Part shown: positions 55,068 to 63,580 of the stretch, piece by piece
Position numbering within the stretch: position 1 is the first letter of the stretch
How the letters are laid out: every line of letters begins with the position of its first letter
Assembly (NCBI GenBank): GCA_903880005.1
Contig: CAIRNV010000316.1
Coordinates: forward strand, 13,910 to 77,909
Direction of reading: 5' to 3'
DNA: 64,000 nucleotides
DNA from: an uncultured Verrucomicrobiota bacterium
GTDB lineage: Bacteria > Verrucomicrobiota > Verrucomicrobiia > Limisphaerales > UBA9464
Made by a program: the position numbers and the translations under genes
Notes under the pieces: model-generated
Seen by the model: the letters and a program-made list of their open reading frames with translations, nothing else
What the model was told of the DNA's origin: nothing
The model's database searches: none

Positions 55068-56738
55068 TCACGCGCTCCTCGCCGACGGATACTGCGCGCC
55101 CGCCGCGCGGCGGAAGTCATCGCGCACCTCCCAGTCGTCCGTGTCGAACGGCAACGACGCAGCGAGGGCCATGAAGCCGTGCTCGATGTCGATCCGGGCG
55201 CGCTTTCGGGCCCGCTTCAGCGCGTAGGCAGACACGGCAAGCCACGCGCACCCCATGACGGCAAGGACGGCGGCCGAGGCGCCGGTGACGAGGGCGACCC
55301 CGAAGGGCATGATGGCGATCCATCCGGGGAGGAGCACGCGCAGGAAGGTCTGGCGAAACGCCGCCTGGGGATCGCGCTCCTTCAGGCCGTGGCGCAGGCC
55401 GACGCGGAGAAGGGTGTCGGCATCCACCCACAGGAATGCCGCGCCCACGACCAGGACCAGCAGGCCGCCCTCGATGCCCGACAACCCCTTGGCCGTGACC
55501 ACGGCGGCCATGAGGAACTGGGCGGCATAGACGGTCGTGATGAACCATCGGTACTGGAGGACGATGGCGTCGCGATGCCCCGCCTGGACGAGGGCCGGGC
55601 CGATGCCGGAGACCACCAGCAACTCCAGGGCGCCCGTCTCCCGGTCCTCGTTGATCCCGCGCGTGGCCACGAGGGCGAACTGGAGCTTGATGCCGACATG
55701 CAGCACGGCGAGGAGGAGGGCGCACAGCACCACCGCGTTCATCTGGAGGTTGGTGCCCGGGTTGGCGAGGGCCACGCAGGCCGACGCGACGAAGGCGGCG
55801 GTGACGCACGCGAAGGAGAGCAGGAACGTGCGCGGGACCGGGCGCGTGACCCGTTGCAGCCAACCGTAGGGGTTTCGCAACAGCAACACCTCCCACTCCA
55901 CGTGCCGCCAACCCACCACGCCCGCGGACTCCGACGCGGCGGGCTTCGGCGGGGACGCCGAGGACTCGACCCAATCCACCCGATGGCGCCGGACCATGAC
56001 GGCGGAGACGGCCAGGGCGAGGGCGGCGAGGGCGGCTTGCCGATGCCATGCGCGGTGGAACGACGCGTGGATGGCGGGCGAACGCCAGGGCTCCGCCTGC
56101 GACCAACGCAACATCGCAACGGGACTCCACTGGCGCATGGCATCCGGGGAGCTTCCCGTCCGCACGGTGACGACCCAGCCCGCGGCGTCGAGCCCGACGC
56201 CCAGGAGGGCCATGCCGATCAACGCGTGGGACACGGAGGCCTTGAAGTCCCTGGCCAGCACCGACGCCATCAAGCCGATGGAGAGCGACAACAGGAGGGT
56301 GACGAGGATGGCGAGCGCGGCCCGGGCCACCTGCCCACCCGAGACGCCCCCCAGCATGACCGGCAAGGCGAGGACGGGCATCACCGCCATCACCCCGTAC
56401 ACCGAGCGCGTGGCCGTGGCGGCCAGCTTGCCGGCGATGATGTCGAGCGCGGTCAGGTCGGTGAGGAACAGGAGGCCCAACGTGCCCTCGCGCTTCTCGC
56501 GACCCAAAGCGTCGGCCGTGTGCAGCGGCCCGGCCATCAATGCGTAGGCCATGAGCAACCATGCCATGGTGAGGAACACGACCTCGGAGATCACCCGGGG
56601 GTTGCCCTGCGCGGGCGTGGACCAAAGCAGGGCGAAGAACGCGACGCCGCCGAGCGCCGAGAAGAAGCGCGCCCACGCACCGCCTCCCTTGCGGGCCTCG
56701 ACGAGAAGTTCTCGGTGGGCGACGGGCAGTAAGATCAT
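55068..56738 (-). CDS. Polytopic membrane protein with two ABC-2-permease-like modules
   Basis: 556 aa (MILLPVAHRELLVEARK). Two motif copies, GREKREGTLGLLFLTDLT and INEDRETGALELLVVSGIGP, each followed by several TM helices. Confidence 0.65.
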   Translation of the reverse strand: MILLPVAHRELLVEARKGGGAWARFFSALGGVAFFALLWSTPAQGNPRVISEVVFLTMAWLLMAYALMAGPLHTADALGREKREGTLGLLFLTDLTALDIIAGKLAATATRSVYGVMAVMPVLALPVMLGGVSGGQVARAALAILVTLLLSLSIGLMASVLARDFKASVSHALIGMALLGVGLDAAGWVVTVRTGSSPDAMRQWSPVAMLRWSQAEPWRSPAIHASFHRAWHRQAALAALALAVSAVMVRRHRVDWVESSASPPKPAASESAGVVGWRHVEWEVLLLRNPYGWLQRVTRPVPRTFLLSFACVTAAFVASACVALANPGTNLQMNAVVLCALLLAVLHVGIKLQFALVATRGINEDRETGALELLVVSGIGPALVQAGHRDAIVLQYRWFITTVYAAQFLMAAVVTAKGLSGIEGGLLVLVVGAAFLWVDADTLLRVGLRHGLKERDPQAAFRQTFLRVLLPGWIAIMPFGVALVTGASAAVLAVMGCAWLAVSAYALKRARKRARIDIEHGFMALAASLPFDTDDWEVRDDFRRAAGAQYPSARSA

Positions 56739-56791
56739 GGGCGTGCCCGGGAAGGATGCGCCCGGGGTGAAGACGTGTCGGGCCCCGGTTC

Positions 56792-57778
56792 CTACTGGGT
56801 CTCGCCCTTGGTGACCCGTAGGAAGACCTCCTCGAGGCCAAGCTCCTCCTCGCGCAACTCCACGAGGCGCGCGCCGCCCCGCACGAGCACCTCGGCCACC
56901 AAGCCACCGTCGGCTTGGTCGTCACGCACCGTCACGCGCAGGCGGCCGTCCTCCTCGCTGGCCTCAACGACCTCGGGGCGCGCACGCAATAGCTCCAGCG
57001 CCCGTTCGTTGCCCGTGGAGACCCTCACGCGAAAGACGCGTCCCACCTGCGAGTCCGCACGCACGCCCTGGACGGGTCCGGAGTAGATCAGGCGTCCCTT
57101 CTCGATGATGGCGCATCGGTTGCAGAGGGTTTGCAGCTCCGAGAGGATGTGGGACGAGATGATGATCGTCTTCCCCATGCGCTGGAGCTCCTGGAGGATG
57201 GCCATCATCTCGATGCGGGCACGCGGGTCGAGGCCCGACGCGGGCTCGTCGAGGAGGAGGAGCTGCGGGTCGTGGATGAGGACGCGCGCGAGGCCGAGCC
57301 GCTGTTGCATGCCCCGGCTGAGCGCGCCGATCAACGCGCCCCGCTTCTCCGTGAGGCCCACGAGCTCCAGCACGTCCGCCACGGTCTTCTCGCGCACGGC
57401 CGACGGGATCTTGTAGCAGGCGCCGAAGAAATCGAGGTACTCGGTCACCTCCATGTCCTTGTACACGCCGAAGAAGTCCGGCATGTAGCCAATGAGGTGG
57501 CGGACGCGGTCGGCGTCGCGCACGACGTCATGTCCGAGGACCTCGGCACGGCCGCTGGAAGGCGTGAGGAAGGTGGCGAGGATGCGGAGCGTGGTGGTCT
57601 TGCCGGCGCCGTTGGACCCGATGAACCCGAAGAGGTCAGCCCGGTGGACGGTGAGGTCGAGGTTGGACAACGCCGTCATCTGGCCATAGACGCGGCTCAA
57701 GCCATGGGTTTGGACGGCGGGGATGGGGGGCGCGGCGGTGGGCGCCTGCTCGTTCAGCCTCAGGGGATGGTCGTTCAT
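56792..57778 (-). CDS. ABC transporter ATP-binding protein (ABC-2 / CcmA-NatA type)
   Basis: 328 aa from ATG 57778. Walker A GSNGAGKTT, signature LSRGMQQRLGLA, Walker B LLLLDEPASGLD, H-loop SSHIL, and a C-terminal regulatory-type extension. Confidence 0.9.
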   Translation of the reverse strand: MNDHPLRLNEQAPTAAPPIPAVQTHGLSRVYGQMTALSNLDLTVHRADLFGFIGSNGAGKTTTLRILATFLTPSSGRAEVLGHDVVRDADRVRHLIGYMPDFFGVYKDMEVTEYLDFFGACYKIPSAVREKTVADVLELVGLTEKRGALIGALSRGMQQRLGLARVLIHDPQLLLLDEPASGLDPRARIEMMAILQELQRMGKTIIISSHILSELQTLCNRCAIIEKGRLIYSGPVQGVRADSQVGRVFRVRVSTGNERALELLRARPEVVEASEEDGRLRVTVRDDQADGGLVAEVLVRGGARLVELREEELGLEEVFLRVTKGETQ

Positions 57779-57786
57779 GGTTTCCT

Positions 57787-59973
57787 TCAGGGGCGCGTCC
57801 CGCGCGCCGGGTTCAACACCAGCCGGTACAACGTGCTCCGCTTCGTCCACATCGCGTCGAAGCGGTTCACCGGCGAGATCACGCTGTCGTTCGCCGCAAA
57901 GGCCATCACCACCACGTCGCCCCGCTCCACCGACGCCGACAAGTCCAGCCCCGGCGGCCACACGAAGCCCCGCTGGCCCTCGCCGTCCTGCGTGGCAATC
58001 CCGCCGATCAGGCTCGCGGCGACCGACGCGCCCGGCCAGTTGTCGATGTGCCCCTCGTCCGATCCGCCGAATACCTCGCTGCGACGATTGGCCACCGCGT
58101 GGAACAACGAGGACCAATCCCGTGTCAGGTCCGCCACCGCCATGACATCGCCCGGCCCCGAGGCGGCGCCCAATTCCATGCGGACGGTCTCGCCACCCGC
58201 CAGGGACGGCACCACGCGCACCTTGCGATCATGGATGACCACAACGTTGGTCAGCATCGCGTCCCGACGGTTGGCCACCGCGAGCGTGGGCCCCTCCAAC
58301 CGCGCCTCGATCGGCGCCGGGCCGGAGTCCACCCAGTCGCCCACGGCGAGCATCGACGTCCAGACTGGCACCTCGAGTTCCGCGTCGAACCCCCTGGCGT
58401 CCACGCGGACCCGTGAGCGGCTTCCAATGCCCGCGTTGCCCACCAAGCCTTGGAACTCGTTGCGGAAGGATGCCGCCTCCGCCTTCACCGACACCGGGTA
58501 CACGTTGTTGGCCGGCGAATAGACGGATCCAAACGACCGGCCACGCAGCAACGCGGAGCCCGCCCTCGGGTACACGTCCACCACATGCAGCTCCGTCCAC
58601 TCGCTGTTCCCCGCGCGCAGGCGGAACCCAATGTAGTAAATGAGCCCCGAGAACAGGAGGACGTAGGCCGGGAACGTCACCCAGGTGAGCATCGGCCGGT
58701 TGATCTTCCTCAACCACCAACGGTCCAGGGGACCAATCACGACGAGGTACACCGCCAGCAGCAGCAACAGCACCCCCACCGGCAGCTTGCGAACCTGCCG
58801 CGTCTCGATCATCGCGCCAAACACCGCGTCCATCCCGCGCCCACCCCACGTGTTGAAGTCGCCCTTCACCAGCAACTCCGGCGGCACCCCGGCCAGCCTC
58901 GCCCAGAAGCGGCCCTTCTCCTTCCATGACTTGAACGGCTCGCGCTCCGGGTTGAACGCCACCGCCGTCACCAAGCCCCGTCCCTTGGCCGCGGAGACCA
59001 CCAGCGGCTTGCCCCCGGCCGCCACCAAAACCGTGCCCGTCCGCACGACAAAGCCCGCCGCGGGCAACGTGACCTTGCCCCACGACGGATCCGGCCTCCC
59101 GTCGTCGTGCGGCTCGCCGGCGGTCCCCTTGCCGGAAACGCGCGCGGCCCGGGGTGGCTGCAGGGCGAACGCCAGCTCCCCGGAGCCCGCCCCCTTCCGG
59201 CCGTGGCGCATCCAATCGTCCACCTCCGGCCCCGCCAACACCGTGGCCGACCCGCTCACCGTCACGGGCAGGACGTCGCGCAGCCACGCCGTCGCCGACA
59301 CGTCCCCCGCCTGGTCCACCGCCACGATCAAGTGCCCGCCGCCGTGCAACCACGCCAGCAGCGCGTCCGCCTGCGGCTCCTTCAGCTCGATGGCGCGGCT
59401 GGAGTTCAGGTAGATGGCATTCAGGGACTCGAGGGCGATGGGGTTGTCCGGGAACGTCTCCAGCCCCTGACCCACGGCCAGGCGCGTCACGCGCGGCTGG
59501 TGCTCGGCCTGCCGGCCGGCCACGTCCGGGAACACGGGCATCCCGCCAAACGTCTGCGGCGCGGCCCCCATGACGAAGTTCTCCCACGCCACCTGGACCA
59601 ATCGCTGGCCCAGCGTCTCCGCGCGCAGCTTGCCCCCCTTTTCAAACAGCCGCGCATCCACCGCAAGAAAGCCCTGCGACCCCGAGAAGCACTGGAACGC
59701 CAGGCGCTTCCGCGTGTTCGTGGGCAACTCCACCGCCATGCGCTGCGTCAGCCCGCCCATCTGGCTGGTGCCCACCTCAATCACCGCGTCGAAGCCCGGG
59801 CCGTCGTTGAAGACCTCCACCCAAACCGGATACCAGCCGCTCGTCCGCGCCACGCCGTCGTGCCCGGGAAACACGTCGAACTGGATCTTCGCCATGGACG
59901 GCCCCGCCACGACCACGGCGAGCACCATGGCCATCCACCGGGCGATGCGCTGGGACAATGCGAGGAACTTCAT
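57787..59973 (-). CDS. Large membrane protein of unknown function (first gene of the ABC cluster)
   Basis: 728 aa. N-terminal signal/anchor MKFLALSQRIARWMAMVLAVVVAGPSMA, a ~400-aa extracytoplasmic region (contains ALLAWLHGGGHLIVAVDQAGD), two central TM helices (LPVGVLLLLLAVYLVVIGPL, LTWVTFPAYVLLFSGLIYYIGF), then a ~270-aa C-terminal domain. Its stop is 8 nt before the ATPase start. Confidence 0.6.
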   Translation of the reverse strand: MKFLALSQRIARWMAMVLAVVVAGPSMAKIQFDVFPGHDGVARTSGWYPVWVEVFNDGPGFDAVIEVGTSQMGGLTQRMAVELPTNTRKRLAFQCFSGSQGFLAVDARLFEKGGKLRAETLGQRLVQVAWENFVMGAAPQTFGGMPVFPDVAGRQAEHQPRVTRLAVGQGLETFPDNPIALESLNAIYLNSSRAIELKEPQADALLAWLHGGGHLIVAVDQAGDVSATAWLRDVLPVTVSGSATVLAGPEVDDWMRHGRKGAGSGELAFALQPPRAARVSGKGTAGEPHDDGRPDPSWGKVTLPAAGFVVRTGTVLVAAGGKPLVVSAAKGRGLVTAVAFNPEREPFKSWKEKGRFWARLAGVPPELLVKGDFNTWGGRGMDAVFGAMIETRQVRKLPVGVLLLLLAVYLVVIGPLDRWWLRKINRPMLTWVTFPAYVLLFSGLIYYIGFRLRAGNSEWTELHVVDVYPRAGSALLRGRSFGSVYSPANNVYPVSVKAEAASFRNEFQGLVGNAGIGSRSRVRVDARGFDAELEVPVWTSMLAVGDWVDSGPAPIEARLEGPTLAVANRRDAMLTNVVVIHDRKVRVVPSLAGGETVRMELGAASGPGDVMAVADLTRDWSSLFHAVANRRSEVFGGSDEGHIDNWPGASVAASLIGGIATQDGEGQRGFVWPPGLDLSASVERGDVVVMAFAANDSVISPVNRFDAMWTKRSTLYRLVLNPARGTRP

Positions 59974-60107
59974 GGGGGCGGCGACATCTCGTTATGCGCC
60001 TCCCGCGCTCCGGGAAGCAACCGCAACCCTCCCGGCCGCGCCCCAACTTTCAAGGCCCAAGTCCGGGTTGCACGCGGCGGACCCGTCGGAAGTCGCGCCG
60101 GCCTCGA

Positions 60108-61232
60108 TCACCTCGGGCCCGCCAGCTTGTCCGGGTTCAACCCTTGCAGGTCCTTCGGCAGGAACAGGCCATCCCGGCGGATCAACTCGTCGTCGAACCA
60201 CACCTCGCCCCCGCCCCATTCCTTGCGTTGGATCAACACCATGTCCCAGTGGACGGCCGACTTGTTCCCGTTGCCCGGGTCCTCGTACGCCTGGCCCGGC
60301 GTGTAGTGCAACGACCCGGCGATCTTCTCGTCGAACAGGATGTCGCACATCGGGTTCTGGATGTACGGGTTGAAGCCCAGGCTGAACTCGCCGATGGACC
60401 GCGCCCCGGCGTCCGTGTCCAGGATCTCGTTCAACCGCTTCTCCGATCCCCCGGAGCACGTGGCCTTCACGATCCGCCCGCCCTTCAGCTCCAGCCGAAT
60501 CCCCTCGAACTTCGTCCCCGAGTAGATCGTGGGCGTGTTGAACGTGATGACGCCCTCCGAGGACTTCAGCGTCGGGCACGTGAAGCACTCGCCGTCCGGG
60601 ATGTTTCGCAGCCCCTCGCAAGGCTTGGCCCCGATGCCCTTGATGCTGAACCGCAAGTCCGTGCCCGGCGCCACGATGCGCACGCGGTCGGCCTGCTCCA
60701 TCCGCTTCTTCAACGGCAGCACCGCCCGCGCCATGCGCTCGTAGTCCATCGTGCAGACGTCGAAGTAGAAGTCCTCGAAGGCCTCCGTGCTCATGTTGGC
60801 CGCCTGGGCCATGCTCGGCGTCGGCCAGCGCAACACGCACCAGCGCGTGTGGTTGACCCGGCGGTCGATCACCGGCCGCATCGTCTTGGCGAACAACTTC
60901 TGCGCCTCCGGCGGCACGTCGCTGCCCTCGCTCGCGTTGTGCGCCCCGCGGATCGCGATGTACGCGTCCACCTTCCTCATGCGCGCCATCTCCACGTCCC
61001 GAAGCAACCCCGCGTGGTCCGCGTCCGTCCCGCGCTGGATCTCACGGGTCACCCGCGAATGCCGCAACTCCACCAAGGGCACCCCGCCCGCCGCCCGCGT
61101 CGCCCGGACCAACGCCACCGTCATCTCGTCCGGCACGTCGATCATGTCCATCAACAACACCTCGCCGCGCTTCACCGCGCAGGAGTACTCCACCAACAAC
61201 TTCGCCAGCCGTGCATGCCTTGGATCACCCAT
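60108..61232 (-). CDS. Aminopeptidase, M29 (AmpS/PepS) family
   Basis: 374 aa from ATG 61232 (MGDPRHARLAKLLVEYSCAVKRGEVLLM). C-terminal GFNPYI...HYTPGQAYE...AVHWDMVL is typical of thermophilic-metalloprotease M29 enzymes. Confidence 0.85.
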   Translation of the reverse strand: MGDPRHARLAKLLVEYSCAVKRGEVLLMDMIDVPDEMTVALVRATRAAGGVPLVELRHSRVTREIQRGTDADHAGLLRDVEMARMRKVDAYIAIRGAHNASEGSDVPPEAQKLFAKTMRPVIDRRVNHTRWCVLRWPTPSMAQAANMSTEAFEDFYFDVCTMDYERMARAVLPLKKRMEQADRVRIVAPGTDLRFSIKGIGAKPCEGLRNIPDGECFTCPTLKSSEGVITFNTPTIYSGTKFEGIRLELKGGRIVKATCSGGSEKRLNEILDTDAGARSIGEFSLGFNPYIQNPMCDILFDEKIAGSLHYTPGQAYEDPGNGNKSAVHWDMVLIQRKEWGGGEVWFDDELIRRDGLFLPKDLQGLNPDKLAGPR

Positions 61233-61270
61233 AATTCTCGCGACCGTTGCATGAAACCCCCGCCGCCGCA

Positions 61271-61313
61271 CGCCCGGAGTCGCCGGGAGTCGCCGGGAGT
61301 CGCCGGGAGTCGC
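61271..61313. repeat. 10-bp tandem repeat (about 4.3 units of cgccgggagt)
   Basis: cgcccggagt cgccgggagt cgccgggagt cgccgggagt cgc, located in the divergent spacer between the M29 peptidase start and tRNA-Arg. Confidence 0.85.
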
Positions 61314-61434
61314 AGCCGTCGCGGCGCGGTTCCACTCCGACATCCCTCTCCCATTCAAGCCTTTGTTGCCGGTGATCGCGGGAAAAAGGCCTTGCCCATC
61401 GCAAGGAAGGTTCCATAGCGTCTCCTCGCTTCGC

Positions 61435-61511
61435 GCATCCGTAGCTCAATTGGATAGAGCATCTGACTACGGATCAGAAGGTTCCAGGTTCAACTCCTGG
61501 CGGATGCGCCA
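61435..61511 (+). tRNA. tRNA-Arg (anticodon ACG), CCA encoded
   Basis: Cloverleaf read by hand: acceptor gcatccg/cggatgc, D arm gctc-aattggata-gagc, anticodon stem tctga/tcaga with loop ctACGga, T arm ccagg-ttcaact-cctgg, discriminator g, then cca. Confidence 0.9.
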
Positions 61512-61577
61512 GCTCCCCCCTTTCGCCCACGCGTCGGCTCCCTGCCAAAAGCGTGGCCCCACACCTCCCCGCCGTGA

Positions 61578-61741
61578 GACGAATCAATTCGGTGGGCAGA
61601 CGAATCATTGCCTGGCAGATGCCTCCGCAAGCCGAGGACTGAGCGATGCGCGGGCCGGTACGAGGCCCGTGACGAGCGAAGGGAGAAGGATTTGCGGAAG
61701 CACATCCACCCAGCACGACCGATCCAACTGAATCGTTCCCC
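61578..61741 (+). repeat. Palindromic intergenic element family A, copy A5
   Basis: gacgaatcaattcggtgggcagacgaatcattgcc...gccgaggactgagcgatgcgcgggcc ggtacg aggcccgtgacgagcgaa...cagcacgaccgatccaactgaatcgttcccc. Lies between tRNA-Arg and the stop of the CBM9-like gene, which it abuts. Confidence 0.7.
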
Positions 61742-62641
61742 CTAGGGCTTGGGCCCCGCTGGTGGCGGCTGGTTCGTGAAACGGACGCGCACGAAGCACT
61801 CCGGGATGTGCGAGTCCCAGGCGCCATGCCGCGTCCAGACCCAGCCGCCGGAATCCTTCGCCGGGGCCGGTTCCTTCGTGGTGTTGAACCGCGAGAAATC
61901 CATCCGCCACTCGTCCCCGTCCCGCGGCGGCAGCGATCGCCCATCCGCCTTGGCCAGCCATTCCATGCCCTTCCAAGGCAACGCCACCTCCACCGTCCAC
62001 CCGCGGTCCGTGTCCGAATCATCGTTCAACGTCCCATCCACGGCGGTTGCCGTCTTCAGCCCCGGGAACGTCCACTCGAAGCTGCCCAGGCGCGGACCGC
62101 GCGGGTGGGTCGTGAACCCGACCCCATTGAACCCCTGGAGCCGCTCACGCTTGAATTCCGGCACCGCGGAGAACCCGCCCGCCGGATAGGCGTCGGCCCA
62201 GATGAAGAAAGCCTCGTAGCGTGTGTTGAAGGCGTTGAGTTCCAGCTCGTAGTAGGCGTCCCGCCCGGCGATGAACAATTCCACGTCGTTGTCGTAGTAG
62301 ATGGGGTCGTTCCGGTTCCTGAACTTCGCCTGCAAGCGCGGTTCCTCCACGCGGTACGCGACGTAGAGGTTGTCGTCGTCCCAGCACACCATGGCCCGCG
62401 TGTCATGGCGGGTGCCGGCTCCCGTGATGATGTCCTTGAACCGCGGCGACCGCGGCAGGCGCGCCCAGGTAGGCTCGTCCAGGCGACCGTCCACCACGAT
62501 CTTCCCGGCCGCACGGTGGGCCGTGTACGAGGCAACCTCCGACTCCGGGCACGGGAACCGCGAACCCTCCGCCCCAAGGACGATTCCCGAGCCCAAGAAC
62601 ACCCACATCCACGCCACATCCCTTCGCATCGCGCCCTCCAT
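61742..62641 (-). CDS. Secreted carbohydrate-binding family 9 (CBM9/DOMON-like) protein
   Basis: ~299 aa from ATG 62641, or 62629 (MRRDVAWMWVFLGSGIVLGAEG signal). VDGRLDEPTWARLPRSPRF, DDDNLYVAYRVEEP, DNDVELFIAG and YYELELNAFNT are typical of CBM9-like domains. The track start at 62752 lies in the 21-bp repeat array. Confidence 0.7.
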   Translation of the reverse strand: MEGAMRRDVAWMWVFLGSGIVLGAEGSRFPCPESEVASYTAHRAAGKIVVDGRLDEPTWARLPRSPRFKDIITGAGTRHDTRAMVCWDDDNLYVAYRVEEPRLQAKFRNRNDPIYYDNDVELFIAGRDAYYELELNAFNTRYEAFFIWADAYPAGGFSAVPEFKRERLQGFNGVGFTTHPRGPRLGSFEWTFPGLKTATAVDGTLNDDSDTDRGWTVEVALPWKGMEWLAKADGRSLPPRDGDEWRMDFSRFNTTKEPAPAKDSGGWVWTRHGAWDSHIPECFVRVRFTNQPPPAGPKP

Positions 62642-62713
62642 CCTTCCAAGGGTTCCTCCCCGGATGGAAACGGAATCCGGCCACGGATGAACCTTGGACG
62701 GTCTCCAGGGAAA

Positions 62714-62944
62714 CTCGGACGCATCCCAACAAAACTCGGATGCGTCCGACATCTACTCGCGTGCTCCCGAGTTTCAGTCGGAGGTGTCCGGAAGAATCTC
62801 CCGCGCTCGCGAATCAAACTCCCGGGTGTCCGGACAAAACTCCCGGGCTCGGGAATCTTTCTCGGCGGCACGCGGACAAAACTCGGACGCGCCCGGACTA
62901 AACGACGAGGCGTGCGCAACGATCTCGGGTGCGTCCGGGAAGAT
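62714..62944. repeat. Array of 11 diverged tandem units with exact 21-bp spacing
   Basis: A CTC(G/C)(G/C)-type unit start occurs at 62714, 62735, 62756, 62777, 62798, 62819, 62840, 62861, 62882, 62903 (degenerate) and 62924. Consensus roughly ctcggRNgcgtccggacaaaa, and each unit ends in an A/T-rich tetramer. Confidence 0.8.
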
Positions 62945-63072
62945 TCCATGCGTTCTGGAGGCCACGCAGGCCCATTCCGGATCGGGCAACAAAGGAGGGC
63001 GGGTTTTCCAACCCGCCGGCTCCAACCGCCGCGTGAGGGCTCGCGGCCTACAGACTGGAAGGGCATCGAGAT

Positions 63073-63125
63073 GCGGCCGGGGACGCCCGCGCTCCCAGGC
63101 GCCCCATCCCCTGGGACCGCGCCCG
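63073..63125. repeat. 53-bp direct repeat, copy 1 (hairpin-forming)
   Basis: gcggccggggacgcccgcgctcccaggcgccccatcccctgggaccgcgcccg. Internal complementarity: cgcgctcccagg / cctgggaccgcg. Confidence 0.8.
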
Positions 63126-63164
63126 TCCCCGGGCGCACCCCTCATGCCCTTCCCACGCCCCGCG

Positions 63165-63218
63165 GCGGCCGGGGACGGCCGCGCTCCCAGGGCACCCCAT
63201 CCCCTGGGACCGCGCCCG
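63165..63218. repeat. 53-bp direct repeat, copy 2 (hairpin-forming)
   Basis: gcggccggggacggccgcgctcccagggcaccccatcccctgggaccgcgcccg. Differs from copy 1 by about three changes including one indel, and starts 92 bp downstream of it. Confidence 0.8.
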
Positions 63219-63313
63219 CTTCTGTTCCCCTTCATCGCAGTTGAACCGAGACGGTGCGTGCCCGGCCATGATCTCATGGTCGTCCCGCCCATCCACGAGC
63301 CATCCCAGCCCCC

Positions 63314-63418
63314 ATGAAGGAAGCCGCCGCACGCATCCGCATCAACGAGCTGCTCAAGGCAGCCGGCTGGCGCTTCTTCGACGACCCATCCGGCACGGCG
63401 AACGTCCCGCTTGGCTAA
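63314..63418 (+). pseudogene. 34-codon remnant resembling the N-terminus of a restriction-enzyme/helicase R subunit
   Basis: MKEAAARIRINELLKAAGWRFFDDPSGTANVPLG then TAA. The RI.INELL.AAGWRFFDD pattern matches what I recall of HsdR/Res-type N-termini. The frame ends at the edge of repeat copy A6, and nothing downstream continues it. Confidence 0.4.
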
Positions 63419-63421
63419 GCC

Positions 63422-63580
63422 GGATCGATTCAGTTGGGAGGGAAGTGATTGCGAAGCAGATGCTTGCGCAAGCCGAGGAGTGAGCGAGGCGCGGGCCAGC
63501 ACCACGCCCGTAACGAGCGAACGACGAAGGATTTGCGCAAGCAGATCGAGCAAGCACGACCGATCCAACTGCATCGTCCC
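63422..63580 (+). repeat. Palindromic intergenic element family A, copy A6 (flanked by 9-bp direct repeat)
   Basis: Best-preserved copy, with ends ggatcgattcagttggg / ccaactgcatcgtcc complementary. ggctaagcc is present on both sides (63413-63421 and 63581-63589). Confidence 0.75.

Noticed and set aside
55026-56925. 568-aa + strand and 602-aa - strand ORFs over the 556-aa permease gene
   Set aside because: These are alternative frames of a gene with clear TM helices and ABC-2 motifs. They are hydrophilic and Arg/Gly/His-rich and carry no motifs.
61512-61577. Integrase or prophage junction next to tRNA-Arg
   Set aside because: There is no integrase-like ORF and no repeat of the tRNA 3' end in the remaining 2.5 kb. 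Only repeats and gene remnants are present.
62714-62944. Possible CRISPR array
   Set aside because: The units are contiguous 21-mers with no unique spacers between conserved repeats, and no cas genes are in the window.
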